DNA of 46,065 nt. Origin: Verrucomicrobiota bacterium. GTDB lineage: Bacteria; Verrucomicrobiota; Verrucomicrobiia; JABWAM01; JAHFSZ01. The translations under genes and the position numbers were made by a program. Within the stretch, counting starts at the first letter, position 1, and every line of letters starts with the position of its first letter. Below, piece after piece: positions 25,647 to 34,724 of this stretch. The notes beneath the pieces are model-generated. The model saw only the letters and a program-made list of their open reading frames with translations. It was not told where the DNA came from and made no database searches. Where the stretch lies: assembly GCA_023265515.1 (NCBI GenBank), contig JAHFSZ010000003.1, forward strand, positions 22,889 through 68,953. Direction: 5' to 3'.

Positions 25647-26489
25647 ATGCATCGAGCCTTTTGCGGGCTGTTCTTTTTGCTATCCACCAGCGGGTGGAAC
25701 ACACGCGCGGCTGAACCCGGCGACTACCGCTTCGCCCAGCCGGTCCGGGTCGCCACGGCCAGCTGCACGCATTTTGAATGGGTGAGCGACCTGCCGGTTT
25801 GTCTGGAAACGGCGAGGCTTCTCGAGCGCTCGGCGACCGGAAAGTTCGGTCTTCCCGCCGACCGCATTGAATCCTGGACCAACGGGACCTCGGAGGAATT
25901 TCTGGGCTGGCTCAAAACGGTTGAGGATAAGGGCGCTCCCGACGCCTCGTTGATTTTTTACTTCGTCACGCATCAGCAGAAAGACGGAAGCTTCAGATTT
26001 TCCAAGGGGGCCGATCTCTCTCCAGCGCGCTTCGTCGAGGCGGTCAACCATTTGGCTCGCCGCTATGACCGCGTGGTGCTGGTCAACGACTGCTGTTATG
26101 GCGCGGTCCTGGAGGGCGGCGGAAAGTTTTATCAAAATGTCATTCGCGTCTACGCCGCTTCCGAAGAGGAACAAGCCTTCAATCTCCGGTTCGGAAAAGG
26201 GCCTTATGGAATGGAGGAATTTTTGAAGGAAGGGCGCGCCTATCTGAAGAAACGCATGAGCTGGGACCCGCCGGGCATGACTTTTCTCGGCATCGTGGGG
26301 CTCAAGGCGGCGCTGGAAATGTCGAAAGATGCGGGCTCCCCGGTGGATCTTCAGACCTTCTTCCGCCGTTTGACCACTGCCCGGGATTTGTACGACACCT
26401 CCATCCGGCAGAAAAATGTCCAGCACATCGTTCTGGTGCCGGCGACAGCCAATTTTGAGATTCTAGTCAGGCAAGGCCGTGGCTCGTGA
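25647..26489 (+). CDS. Exported caspase/metacaspase-fold (peptidase C14-like) protein
   Basis: Signal-like N-terminus; LIFYFVTH109Q aligns with lfYfsGHG and VVLVNDCC150YG with iilDaChSG; NGT.EEF, YAAS..EQA, GMTF, VDLQTFF and the final Q follow the C14 fold order. Confidence 0.72.
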   Translation: MHRAFCGLFFLLSTSGWNTRAAEPGDYRFAQPVRVATASCTHFEWVSDLPVCLETARLLERSATGKFGLPADRIESWTNGTSEEFLGWLKTVEDKGAPDASLIFYFVTHQQKDGSFRFSKGADLSPARFVEAVNHLARRYDRVVLVNDCCYGAVLEGGGKFYQNVIRVYAASEEEQAFNLRFGKGPYGMEEFLKEGRAYLKKRMSWDPPGMTFLGIVGLKAALEMSKDAGSPVDLQTFFRRLTTARDLYDTSIRQKNVQHIVLVPATANFEILVRQGRGS

Positions 26490-26589
26490 TTCCTGCAACC
26501 TGCGGATCAGACTGAAGGACGCGTTTTAAAAGGCGACGGCCTCGATTATCTTCTTCACCCGCGAGTCGCAAAGACGCTATACAAACCCA

Positions 26590-29004
26590 ATGCCAGGTAA
26601 GCACCGCACGACGCTTGCGATTTTGCTGATCTGCACCGTCATTGCCGTCGTCGCTTCGTTGGTCAGCTCCTCAGGTTGGCTGGAAATCTACGAGCTGAAG
26701 ATGATCAACGCCCAGTTCCAACTCCGGTACTGGCTGCGAAGCGGCCTGAATCGTGTCCGCGTGAGCGACCGGGTTGTGCTCGCCGGGATCGATGCAAAGA
26801 CTGTGGATCCGTCCTTTTCGAATTTTTCCGACCGTTGGGGAACGGGGGGGTGGTGGACAAGAGATCACTGGGTTCGCGCGATGGAATATCTGGCATATTA
26901 CAAACCGAAAGTCTTTGCATGCGATGTCTTTTTCAGTCCGCATCGGACGCGCTTTAGAGATACATCCGCCTACCAGCAGGACACCATCGATTCGGTCGAA
27001 CAAACCATCCGACAGAAGAAGGCCGGACTGCGGGATTTGGCGAAAGGAGAAAAGTTCCCGCGACTCGAGATTCTCGACATCATTGACGATTCAGGGAGCA
27101 ACACGCTCGCAAGCCGGTTTTTCGACATCGAAGACGCCCGCGCTAACGGAGAGAAGATGCCCCAGTTCGTGATCCCATTTTACTTTAATCGCAGGCAGGA
27201 GAATTCCTCGGAGCCGTGGGCCGCGGAGAAGGACTCCGAAAAAATCGACCGTTTGAAGCGTCAATCGATTCCTCCGAGTTGTCTTTCGGGCGTGCCGGCG
27301 GATTATCCTTTTGCCGACAGTGCGACGCTGCCGTTCGATTCGCTGCTGGATGCCCCAGTGACTCTGGGTTTCATCGACGTACCCCGCGATCCCGAGGACG
27401 GAAACATCCGGCGGGTTCCCCTGGTCCAGGGTTTTCGCGATCCGCGGTCGGGCACGCCTGTGTTCCTGCCGTCGTTATCGCTGGCCGCGTGCCTCTTGGA
27501 CATGGGTATCCCGCTCGAAACACTCGGCACGGAGCAACCGGGATCGGGAATCCGCGTGGAATTTGGCAAGGAAATCCATCTTTGGAACAAGGATCGCCAT
27601 CTACGCATCCCCATTGACCTGCGAGGATCCATGTTTTTGAACTTCGAGGGAAAAATCCGGGATTTTCCGCAGGTATCGTTCGTGGACATGATCCGCGGCG
27701 GCCGGGCGAAGGAAGTCCGCGACCTTCTGCAGGACCGGGTGGTGATTGCCGGCGTGACATTCACGGGCGGCACGGATGTCGGCCCGTGTGCCATCGATTC
27801 CAACGTTCCGCTGGCGTTCATTCACATGACGGCAGTCGATGATATCCTGCGGCAAAGTTTTCTGCGCCCGGCCGGCCGTTGGACTCGAACCGGAATTCTT
27901 TTCGCCCTTCTTGCGCTCGTCGGATGGATTAATTCCACCTCGCGGGCGCGAGTCAGCGGCTTCGGGACGTTTTTTCTGCTCCTGGGGTATATTACTGCCG
28001 CGTTTCTGCTCTTCTTTTCCAACATCGCCAGCCTGCCAGTGGTCGTCCCGGCCCTCTCCTTGATCATCGGGTTTGCTGCGATTTCACTCTTCCGATACCA
28101 GGTGGAGCAGAAGGGGCGGATTGATATCCGGAAAAAATTCTCCTCGATGGTTTCCGGGGATCTTCTGGAGCGGATGGAGGAGAACCCCGAAAGCCTGGCC
28201 CTTGGCGGCGAGCGGCGCGACGTGACAGTTTTCTTTTCCGACGTGGCGGGATTCACGCACGTCGCGGAGACCCTGACACCGGAGAAACTGGTCGAGGTGA
28301 TCAACACGTACCTGACGCCGATGACCGAAATCATCCTTTTGAGCCACGGGTATTTGAACAAGTTCCTGGGTGACGGGATCATGGCGGTGTGGGGCGCGCC
28401 TTTGCCGCAGGCGAACCACGCCGAACGGGCGTGCCTGGCGGCTTTGGCCCAACAGCGGAAGATTGACGAGCTCCGGCCGCTCTTCCGCGAAAAGTTCGGC
28501 GTCGAGCTGAAGGTTCGCATGGGCATCAACACCGGCCCGGTCGACGCGGGCAACATGGGCTCGCTCAACCGGTTCGAATACACGGTTATGGGCGACTCGG
28601 TGAACCTGGCGGCGCGCCTGGAGCCGGCCAACAAGGACTACGGCACCCGGATCCTGATCGGTCGGGGGACCTTCGAGCAAATCCGCGGGAAGGACTTCGC
28701 GGTTCGCCTGCTCGACCGGATTGTCGTCGAGGGCAAAACAGAGCCCGCCGAAATCTACGAGCTGTCGGGCATGGAGGGCGACCAGTCGCCGCGGGATCGA
28801 GAGGCCGTTGGGTTATTCGAGGGGGGATTGCGGCTTTACTGGGAGCGGAAATGGGACCAGGCCTTGGAGTGTTTTGAGGGTGCCCTGAAGATTGTTCCCG
28901 GCGACGCGGCGGTGGGCCTGTTCATCCGGCGGGTGAAAGCGTGCCGGCAAACGCCTCCCCCCGCGGAGTGGAACGGTGTGTACGTCAGGGAAGGAAAAAG
29001 TTAG
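26590..29004 (+). CDS. CHASE2-sensor class III adenylate cyclase with C-terminal TPR-like helices
   Basis: N-terminal TM; CHASE2 (ELK..., VVLAGID, W.RDHW, DVFF, DG.IRR.PL, SLSLA); 3 TMs; catalytic FFSDVAGFT, NKFLGDG, RMGINTG, GNMGS..RFEYTVMGDSVNLAARLE (Lys/Thr indicate ATP specificity). Confidence 0.93.
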   Translation: MPGKHRTTLAILLICTVIAVVASLVSSSGWLEIYELKMINAQFQLRYWLRSGLNRVRVSDRVVLAGIDAKTVDPSFSNFSDRWGTGGWWTRDHWVRAMEYLAYYKPKVFACDVFFSPHRTRFRDTSAYQQDTIDSVEQTIRQKKAGLRDLAKGEKFPRLEILDIIDDSGSNTLASRFFDIEDARANGEKMPQFVIPFYFNRRQENSSEPWAAEKDSEKIDRLKRQSIPPSCLSGVPADYPFADSATLPFDSLLDAPVTLGFIDVPRDPEDGNIRRVPLVQGFRDPRSGTPVFLPSLSLAACLLDMGIPLETLGTEQPGSGIRVEFGKEIHLWNKDRHLRIPIDLRGSMFLNFEGKIRDFPQVSFVDMIRGGRAKEVRDLLQDRVVIAGVTFTGGTDVGPCAIDSNVPLAFIHMTAVDDILRQSFLRPAGRWTRTGILFALLALVGWINSTSRARVSGFGTFFLLLGYITAAFLLFFSNIASLPVVVPALSLIIGFAAISLFRYQVEQKGRIDIRKKFSSMVSGDLLERMEENPESLALGGERRDVTVFFSDVAGFTHVAETLTPEKLVEVINTYLTPMTEIILLSHGYLNKFLGDGIMAVWGAPLPQANHAERACLAALAQQRKIDELRPLFREKFGVELKVRMGINTGPVDAGNMGSLNRFEYTVMGDSVNLAARLEPANKDYGTRILIGRGTFEQIRGKDFAVRLLDRIVVEGKTEPAEIYELSGMEGDQSPRDREAVGLFEGGLRLYWERKWDQALECFEGALKIVPGDAAVGLFIRRVKACRQTPPPAEWNGVYVREGKS

Positions 29005-29020
29005 CACGATAAGGTCAGGG

Positions 29021-30148
29021 ATGTTCACGCGTCGAATCACCATCTGTCGTCTGTTTGGAATCGCGATCCACATCGATATGAGCTGGCTCTTGATCGCAGG
29101 ACTCGTGATCTGGAGCTTCGCGGTGAACTATTTTCCGCAGGAAATCCGCGGCCTGCCGGCGAGCGTCTATTTGCTGATGGGCTTCGGGGTGGCGGCCGGC
29201 CTGCTTTTTTCGATCATCTTTCACGAGATGTCCCACTGCATCGTTGCCAAACAGCAGGGGATCGCGATCCAGGGCATCACCCTTTTTTTATTTGGCGGCG
29301 TGGCCGAGATGGAAGAGGAGCCGCCCAGCCCAAAATCGGAATTCCTGATGACCATCGCAGGCCCGCTCGCGAGCCTCTTGCTGGCGGCCGTTTTCTGGCT
29401 CATCGCGAGGCTTTTCCAAACGCCGGGGTGGGGCCTCATCGTCAGCAAGGTCTTTGGTTACCTGATGATGATGAATTTTGGGCTCGCCATTTTCAACATG
29501 ATCCCGGCTTTTCCGCTCGATGGGGGCAGGATCCTGCGCTCGCTGCTCTGGGGCTGGAAAGGAAGCCTGCGATGGGCCACGGGAATCGCCACCTCTCTCG
29601 GATCGGGTTTCGGGATCATCCTGATCGTCGCGGGCATGCTCCTGGTCGTCAATCAGCAGTGGGGCGGCATCTGGTGGGTTCTGATCGGCATGTTTGTGCG
29701 ATACGCCGCGCAGATGTCGTACCAGCAGATGCTGGTCCGGCGCGGTCTTGAGGGCGAGCCGGTGCGCAGGTTCATGCGGGAAAACCCGGTCACGGTTGGG
29801 CCTTCGGTGAATCTGCGCGAGTTCGTCGAGAATTACGTCTACCGGCACCACTTCAAGATGTTCCCGGTGCTGGAAAATGGACGGCTGACGGGGTGCGCGA
29901 CCACGAGCCGCCTCAAGGAGATCCCCATCGAGCAGTGGAATGGTAAAACGGTGTCAGACATCTTCCAACCCTGCTCTCAGGAGAACACAATCGATCCGGG
30001 TGCGGACGCCATGAAGGCGTTGACTCGGATGAACCGCAACCGGGCAAGTCGCCTGATGGTGGTCGAGAACGGCCAGCTCAAGGGGATTCTCTCGCTGAAG
30101 GACCTGCTGGATTTCCTCTCACTGAAAATCGAGCTCGAAGAGGAATGA
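29021..30148 (+). CDS. Site-2 (M50) intramembrane metalloprotease with tandem CBS domains
   Basis: HEMSH, LFLFGGVA, AGP, FNMIPAFPLDGGR; two C-terminal CBS repeats (FPVLENGRLTG, LMVVENGQLKGILS..DLL). Confidence 0.93.
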   Translation: MFTRRITICRLFGIAIHIDMSWLLIAGLVIWSFAVNYFPQEIRGLPASVYLLMGFGVAAGLLFSIIFHEMSHCIVAKQQGIAIQGITLFLFGGVAEMEEEPPSPKSEFLMTIAGPLASLLLAAVFWLIARLFQTPGWGLIVSKVFGYLMMMNFGLAIFNMIPAFPLDGGRILRSLLWGWKGSLRWATGIATSLGSGFGIILIVAGMLLVVNQQWGGIWWVLIGMFVRYAAQMSYQQMLVRRGLEGEPVRRFMRENPVTVGPSVNLREFVENYVYRHHFKMFPVLENGRLTGCATTSRLKEIPIEQWNGKTVSDIFQPCSQENTIDPGADAMKALTRMNRNRASRLMVVENGQLKGILSLKDLLDFLSLKIELEEE

Positions 30149-30149
30149 T

Positions 30150-30869
30150 TCAGCGCCGCAGTTTTTTCAGCTCGGCGATGAAGGCCGCGGGCCCGCCTTC
30201 CATATAGCCGAGCGTGCCGACCTGACGGCCCTGCGAGTCCAGGATGACAACCGTGGGAAACCCGGAAATGTGGTATTGTCCGGCGAGGCGGTCGTTCTGC
30301 TGCTTGACGTTCGCAGGCAGCGCCGTGTGCTTTGGAAAGTCCACTTTCAAGAGGACCAGGTTTTGCTCCGCATAGTCCTTGAATTCCTGCCTGCTGAAGA
30401 CTTCCGCATCGAGCTTCTTGCACCAGCCGCACCAGTCCGAGCCTGTGAAATCCATCAGCAGGAGCTTGTTTTCCTCCCGGGCGTACTGGGATGCCTTCGG
30501 ATGATCCTCGAGCCATTCGAAAGCGCGCGGCGGTTTCGATTTCGAGATGATGACGGGCTTGGGTCCCGACGGAGACGATGATTTGGGGGCTCGTCCCACA
30601 TCCTCGGCGCGGCACAGCCCGGTCAGGAACTTTCCGTCCTGTCCAAGGTAGCTGATATGGACCATGCCGGGGGCATCGGCGGGCTTGCCAATTTCAAGTT
30701 TGGTTCCCGCATTGAATTGGCCGATCTGCTTGTCAGGCGCGGCAACATCGAACACGCCGATGGGTTCGGTGCAGAGATACGGTTCCGCGGATGCCTCCAC
30801 GGTCGCAAGCAAAAACGCGGCTCCCATCAGCGGCAGAAATAAATTCAGATGACACACACAGCGTTGCAT
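30150..30869 (-). CDS. Exported thioredoxin-family disulfide oxidoreductase with an extra N-terminal beta domain
   Basis: Signal peptide; FTGSDWCGWC, VDFP, cis-Pro GFPT; N-terminal ~70-aa SH3-like segment. Confidence 0.87.
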   Translation of the reverse strand: MQRCVCHLNLFLPLMGAAFLLATVEASAEPYLCTEPIGVFDVAAPDKQIGQFNAGTKLEIGKPADAPGMVHISYLGQDGKFLTGLCRAEDVGRAPKSSSPSGPKPVIISKSKPPRAFEWLEDHPKASQYAREENKLLLMDFTGSDWCGWCKKLDAEVFSRQEFKDYAEQNLVLLKVDFPKHTALPANVKQQNDRLAGQYHISGFPTVVILDSQGRQVGTLGYMEGGPAAFIAELKKLRR

Positions 30870-30923
30870 TCGAACAAATTTCTAGCAGAAACTCCGGTTC
30901 GCGCCAAGGCCCGCGTAGAAGAA

Positions 30924-31619
30924 CTAATCGGCCAGTTTGGAAACCATCTCGCGGACCAGCGCATAGGTTTCCGGGAAGTGCCGGACCATCAGCTTGGCCT
31001 CGGGCGAGGGATCTGGATTGTAAATGGCCGAGAAGAGTTCGGCGAAGGCCTCCTTGCGCCCGCCGATGCTGGGTGTCAGAAAGTAGGCGAGGGATTCGAG
31101 ATGGTTTGTGTTGGGCCGGTCGGCCAGAAGCGCCGCCTTTTCGCGCTCAAACGTATTCACGAACACGCTCGCCTGGCTGAACCCCTGATGAAAATCGATG
31201 GCATGGCCGATTTCGTGGTGAAGGACCTGGGAAACCCTTGCCATATCGATCCGTTCAAGCCGCGCGTTTCCGGCTCCATTTTCAAAGCGCTTGAATTCCG
31301 GCAGATAGACCGTGCCCCGGTCGTGCAGTCCTTCGCTCATATCCCAAGTGCTGCCTTGAGGGTAACCGCGGGGCGTCAGACCTTTTAAATCAGGGCGAAT
31401 TTGTGTCAGGCAAGGCCCTGAGATCAGTTCCACGTCCTTTTTGGAGAACCAACTTTGAAGCTCACGAGGAAAATAGCCGATCGATCGGTCGATCGTCTTG
31501 GTGAACGTGGGGGAAAGATCGTCGGAAAATTGGGGCTTGAGCTGGTTTTCGGCACTCGAATCGAAGAGCGCGACCCCTAATAGCACATAGCCCAGAAAGC
31601 CCGTTAGGAACCCTCTCAC
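30924..31619 (-). CDS. Exported zinc metalloprotease, anthrax-lethal-factor/PPEP-like (M34-type)
   Basis: Signal peptide; VLHHEIGHAIDF (HExxH), S...F..EK, Y, KEAFAELF (third-ligand Glu), FPETY. Confidence 0.75.
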   Translation of the reverse strand: MRGFLTGFLGYVLLGVALFDSSAENQLKPQFSDDLSPTFTKTIDRSIGYFPRELQSWFSKKDVELISGPCLTQIRPDLKGLTPRGYPQGSTWDMSEGLHDRGTVYLPEFKRFENGAGNARLERIDMARVSQVLHHEIGHAIDFHQGFSQASVFVNTFEREKAALLADRPNTNHLESLAYFLTPSIGGRKEAFAELFSAIYNPDPSPEAKLMVRHFPETYALVREMVSKLAD

Positions 31620-31928
31620 ACTTATAATAAATACGATATTTATGGAGTATCAACATTTATGTCAAAATAGTCTTAATTAGACATTATGCTAGTTCAACCC
31701 GTATTTTCGGTTAAAAATTAGTTTTTCTGATGAAAGATGGATTCCCGCAATCTGCCGGGGGATCTGCGAGCCTCCGCATGACCTGTCTGCAAGGAAAAAG
31801 ATCGCACAACGTCCGAAGTAAAATACCTTGGACAGAAATAAGACGCCACCTTTGAGATTTGCGGACCCTTTCTGCATTTTTGAGGACAGATACCAGGTGG
31901 CCGCCAACCCACCGCCGCAAACAAAAAA

Positions 31929-32011
31929 TGCCCGAGGAGGGACTTGAACCCACACACTGTTGCCAGTACTGGATTTTGAGTCCAGCGCGTCTGCCATTCC
32001 GCCACTCGGGC
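31929..32011 (-). tRNA. tRNA-Leu (anticodon CAA), CCA not encoded
   Basis: Reverse complement GCCCGAG TGGCGGAATGGCAGACGCG CTGGA-CT CAA AA-TCCAG, long variable arm, GGTTCAAGTCC, CTCGGGC A; upstream TTGACT-N16-CATAAT (32054-32027). Confidence 0.96.
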
Positions 32012-32084
32012 GAGTGCAAACTTTTGATTATGCGATTTTTTCTGGGCGAGTCAACTGCCGCGGGTTGCCACTCAGCCTGACCGC

Positions 32085-32534
32085 TCAGACTTGCCGGACA
32101 ATGAGGTGCGTGCCCAAGACCTGAACGACGCGGATTTTTCGGCCCGCCTGGATGATCCCTGTTTCCGCTGTCACATCCACCAGTCGGCCGTCGAACTCGG
32201 CTTTGCCCGCGGGTTTAAGCATCGACAGGCTCCGGCCTTCGCGGTCCTGGAGGCCCTGTAAATCGGCAGCGATGGATGAATCGCTCGGGGTTGGTCGGGA
32301 ACCGATGCCTTTGGGCAGACTTTTAAAGCAGGCGGCCGCGACCACGCCAGCAGCGATCAAAAGGCCGGCGAGCATCGCGATCGCGGGGCCGGTTCCGAAC
32401 TGGACGAAAGTCAGGATCACCGCGACGAGCATCGATAACAAGGCCATGGCGCCGAACACAAGCCCCGGCAGGAACATTTCGACGATAACCAGGCAGATGC
32501 CGACCACCGCGAAAAATAGAATGGAGAGGGTCAT
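32085..32534 (-). CDS. NfeD-like membrane protein (short form)
   Basis: VEMFLPGLVFG plus TMs, then C-terminal OB-fold G...S.LKPAGKAEFDG..VDVTAE..IQAG..IRVV. Confidence 0.85.
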   Translation of the reverse strand: MTLSILFFAVVGICLVIVEMFLPGLVFGAMALLSMLVAVILTFVQFGTGPAIAMLAGLLIAAGVVAAACFKSLPKGIGSRPTPSDSSIAADLQGLQDREGRSLSMLKPAGKAEFDGRLVDVTAETGIIQAGRKIRVVQVLGTHLIVRQV

Positions 32535-32664
32535 GTCCGTGGCGAACCCGCCTTCGCACCTTTTACCGTGATCGCCCGGACTTTGGAACCTTTTTTCACC
32601 GGGAGGCCCAGCCGCAAAAAAATGTATATTCAACGGGCCGGTGTTTCGTTATCACAGACGGACG

Positions 32665-33975
32665 ATGAAAGTCCGGGTTCGTTTTGCGCCCAGCCCCACG
32701 GGAATGCTCCATATTGGTGGAGCGAGGACGGCACTCTTCAACTGGCTCTATGCCCGGCACACCGGCGGTACGTTCGTCCTCCGCGTCGAGGACACCGATG
32801 CGGCCCGCAACACAGCCGAGGCACGCCAGGTGATCTTCGACGGGCTGCGCTGGCTGGGGATGAACTGGGACGAAGGTCCGGAGAAGGGCGGGGATCACGG
32901 GCCGTATTTTCAGAGCCAGCGTCTCGACCTCTACCGAAGCTACGTCGACAAGCTCCTCTCCAAGGGTCTTGCCTATGAATTCGAGGGGGCAGTCAAATTC
33001 AAGATGCCGAAGGATCGCTGCGTCGTCAAAGACCTGATTTGCGGCGACGTGGCGTTCGACCGGACCCTGGAGCCCGACCTGGTGATCCTGCGCAAGGACG
33101 GCTCGCCCGTTTTCCATCTGGTCAATGTCGTCGACGACCTTGAAATGAAGATCACGCACGTCATTCGCGGCGAGGACCATCTTTCCAATACGCAAAAACA
33201 TCTGGCCCTCTTTGCCGCCTTGGGTGCCGAGCCGCCGCAATACGCCCACATCCCGCTGATCCTGAACAATGACGGCAGTAAGATGAGCAAGCGCGATGCG
33301 GGTTCCTCGATCGCCGAGTACCACGCACAGGGTTATGTCCCCGAAGCTCTGCGCAACTATCTCTGCCTGCTCGGATGGTCGCCGAAGGATGACCGGGAGA
33401 TCGTCGACATCCAGGAACTGATCCAGCTCTTCGACCTGCCGCAAGTCAACCGGCACAATGCGCGCTTCGACATGGCCAAACTCCATTGGATGAACGGACA
33501 ATACATGGCCAGGCAGTCGCTGGCTGATTTCACAGAGCACGCGATCCCGTTTTTGAAGGCGGCCGGCCAGATCGACGATTCGACCGATCGGGAGCGGCTC
33601 GGGAAAATGCTGGCGATCGTGCAGGAGAAGGTGAAACTCTTCCAGGACCTGCCGAACTGGACGATCTATCTGTTGAAGGACGATTATCCGTTTGACCCCG
33701 AAGCCGTCGCCAAGACCCTTAAAAAGGACGGTGCGGCCGGCCGGCTGGCGAAACTGCGGGAACGTTATGCAGCGCTGGCGGACTGGACCGTTGAAAAACT
33801 CGAATCGGAGCTTAAGGCGCTGGCCGCCGAGCTGTCGGTGAAAACAGGCGAACTCATCCATCCATGCCGTGTCGCGGTCTCCGGCAAGACCGTTGGTCCG
33901 AGCCTCTACCATATGCTCGAAGTGCTGGGAAAGCAGAGAGTTCTGGAGAGATTGGATCGTGCAGCGTCCTTGTGA
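32665..33975 (+). CDS. gltX: Glutamate--tRNA ligase (short, no Zn-binding insert)
   Basis: RVRFAPSPTG.LHIGG, LRVEDTD, YFQSQR, THVIRGEDH, KMSKR, C-terminal anticodon-binding helices. Confidence 0.96.
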   Translation: MKVRVRFAPSPTGMLHIGGARTALFNWLYARHTGGTFVLRVEDTDAARNTAEARQVIFDGLRWLGMNWDEGPEKGGDHGPYFQSQRLDLYRSYVDKLLSKGLAYEFEGAVKFKMPKDRCVVKDLICGDVAFDRTLEPDLVILRKDGSPVFHLVNVVDDLEMKITHVIRGEDHLSNTQKHLALFAALGAEPPQYAHIPLILNNDGSKMSKRDAGSSIAEYHAQGYVPEALRNYLCLLGWSPKDDREIVDIQELIQLFDLPQVNRHNARFDMAKLHWMNGQYMARQSLADFTEHAIPFLKAAGQIDDSTDRERLGKMLAIVQEKVKLFQDLPNWTIYLLKDDYPFDPEAVAKTLKKDGAAGRLAKLRERYAALADWTVEKLESELKALAAELSVKTGELIHPCRVAVSGKTVGPSLYHMLEVLGKQRVLERLDRAASL

Positions 33976-33977
33976 GA

Positions 33978-34051
33978 ATTTCGGAGACAGGAGACAGGAT
34001 GCAGAAGAAAAACATTCTGGGTTCCGAGTACTGAGTTCTGGGTTCTGAAAT
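33978..34051. repeat. Heptamer-periodic inverted repeat filling the gltX-pgsA gap
   Basis: TTTCGGA GACAGGA GACAGGA TGCAGAA ... TTCTGGG TTCCGAG TACTGAG TTCTGGG TTCTGAA; outer ATTTCGGAG pairs with TTCTGAAAT. Confidence 0.75.
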
Positions 34052-34639
34052 ATGACCGTGCCTAACATCATCTCGATTTTTCGCCTGCTGTTGATCCCGG
34101 CTTTCGTCATGACCGTGCTCTACTACATCGCCGGCGTGAAAGAGGGCGAGCCGGAGGACATGCTCCGCTGGTGGGCGGCGGCGATTTTTATCCTGGCAGC
34201 GGTTTCCGACGGCGTCGACGGCTACATCGCCCGCCGCTTCAACCAGCGCTCGGAGCTCGGAGGCGTACTCGATCCGCTGGCCGACAAGCTCCTGCAGGTG
34301 ACGGCGCTGATCCTGCTCAGCATCGACTTTCACCGGGCGTTTCACCGCCTGCCGATCTGGCTGCCGATCCTCGTCATCAGCCGCGATCTGTTCATCCTCG
34401 TCGGCTACCTGGTCATCAAGCTGGTCGTCGGCGTCAAGGTCGAGGTCCGAACCCACTGGTCGGGCAAGGTGGCGACCGCGCTCATCATGATGCTGATCAC
34501 CATGGTCCTCATGCAATGGACCGACTGGCGGATCTACCGGCCCATCCTTTACATCAGCGGCGTGTGCGTCCTCATTTCGCTCGTCGTTTACGTCGCGCGC
34601 GGTGTTGTGCAGATCAACCAAGCCCCGCAGAAGGGCTAG
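34052..34639 (+). CDS. pgsA: CDP-alcohol phosphatidyltransferase (PgsA-like)
   Basis: PNIISIFR, SDGVDGYIARRFNQRSELGGVLDPLADK, GKVAT. Confidence 0.8.
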   Translation: MTVPNIISIFRLLLIPAFVMTVLYYIAGVKEGEPEDMLRWWAAAIFILAAVSDGVDGYIARRFNQRSELGGVLDPLADKLLQVTALILLSIDFHRAFHRLPIWLPILVISRDLFILVGYLVIKLVVGVKVEVRTHWSGKVATALIMMLITMVLMQWTDWRIYRPILYISGVCVLISLVVYVARGVVQINQAPQKG

Positions 34640-34724
34640 CGGAATGTTCGGCGGGATCGCGTCAGCTGACGTTGGAAAAAGAGTGTTCCTGCTTTGGCGC
34701 CTTCCTGATAAGAAGAGCGCCTTG

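Noticed and set aside
25647-29004. Caspase plus nucleotide cyclase as a CBASS/Pycsar-like anti-phage system
   Set aside because: The caspase-fold protein appears exported, and the cyclase is a membrane CHASE2 class III adenylate cyclase with ATP-specific residues; no cyclic-nucleotide-sensing effector or defence-island context.
30870-31928. Integrative element at tRNA-Leu
   Set aside because: No integrase and no duplicated tRNA 3' end found by eye; only the compositional anomaly remains (reported as a finding).
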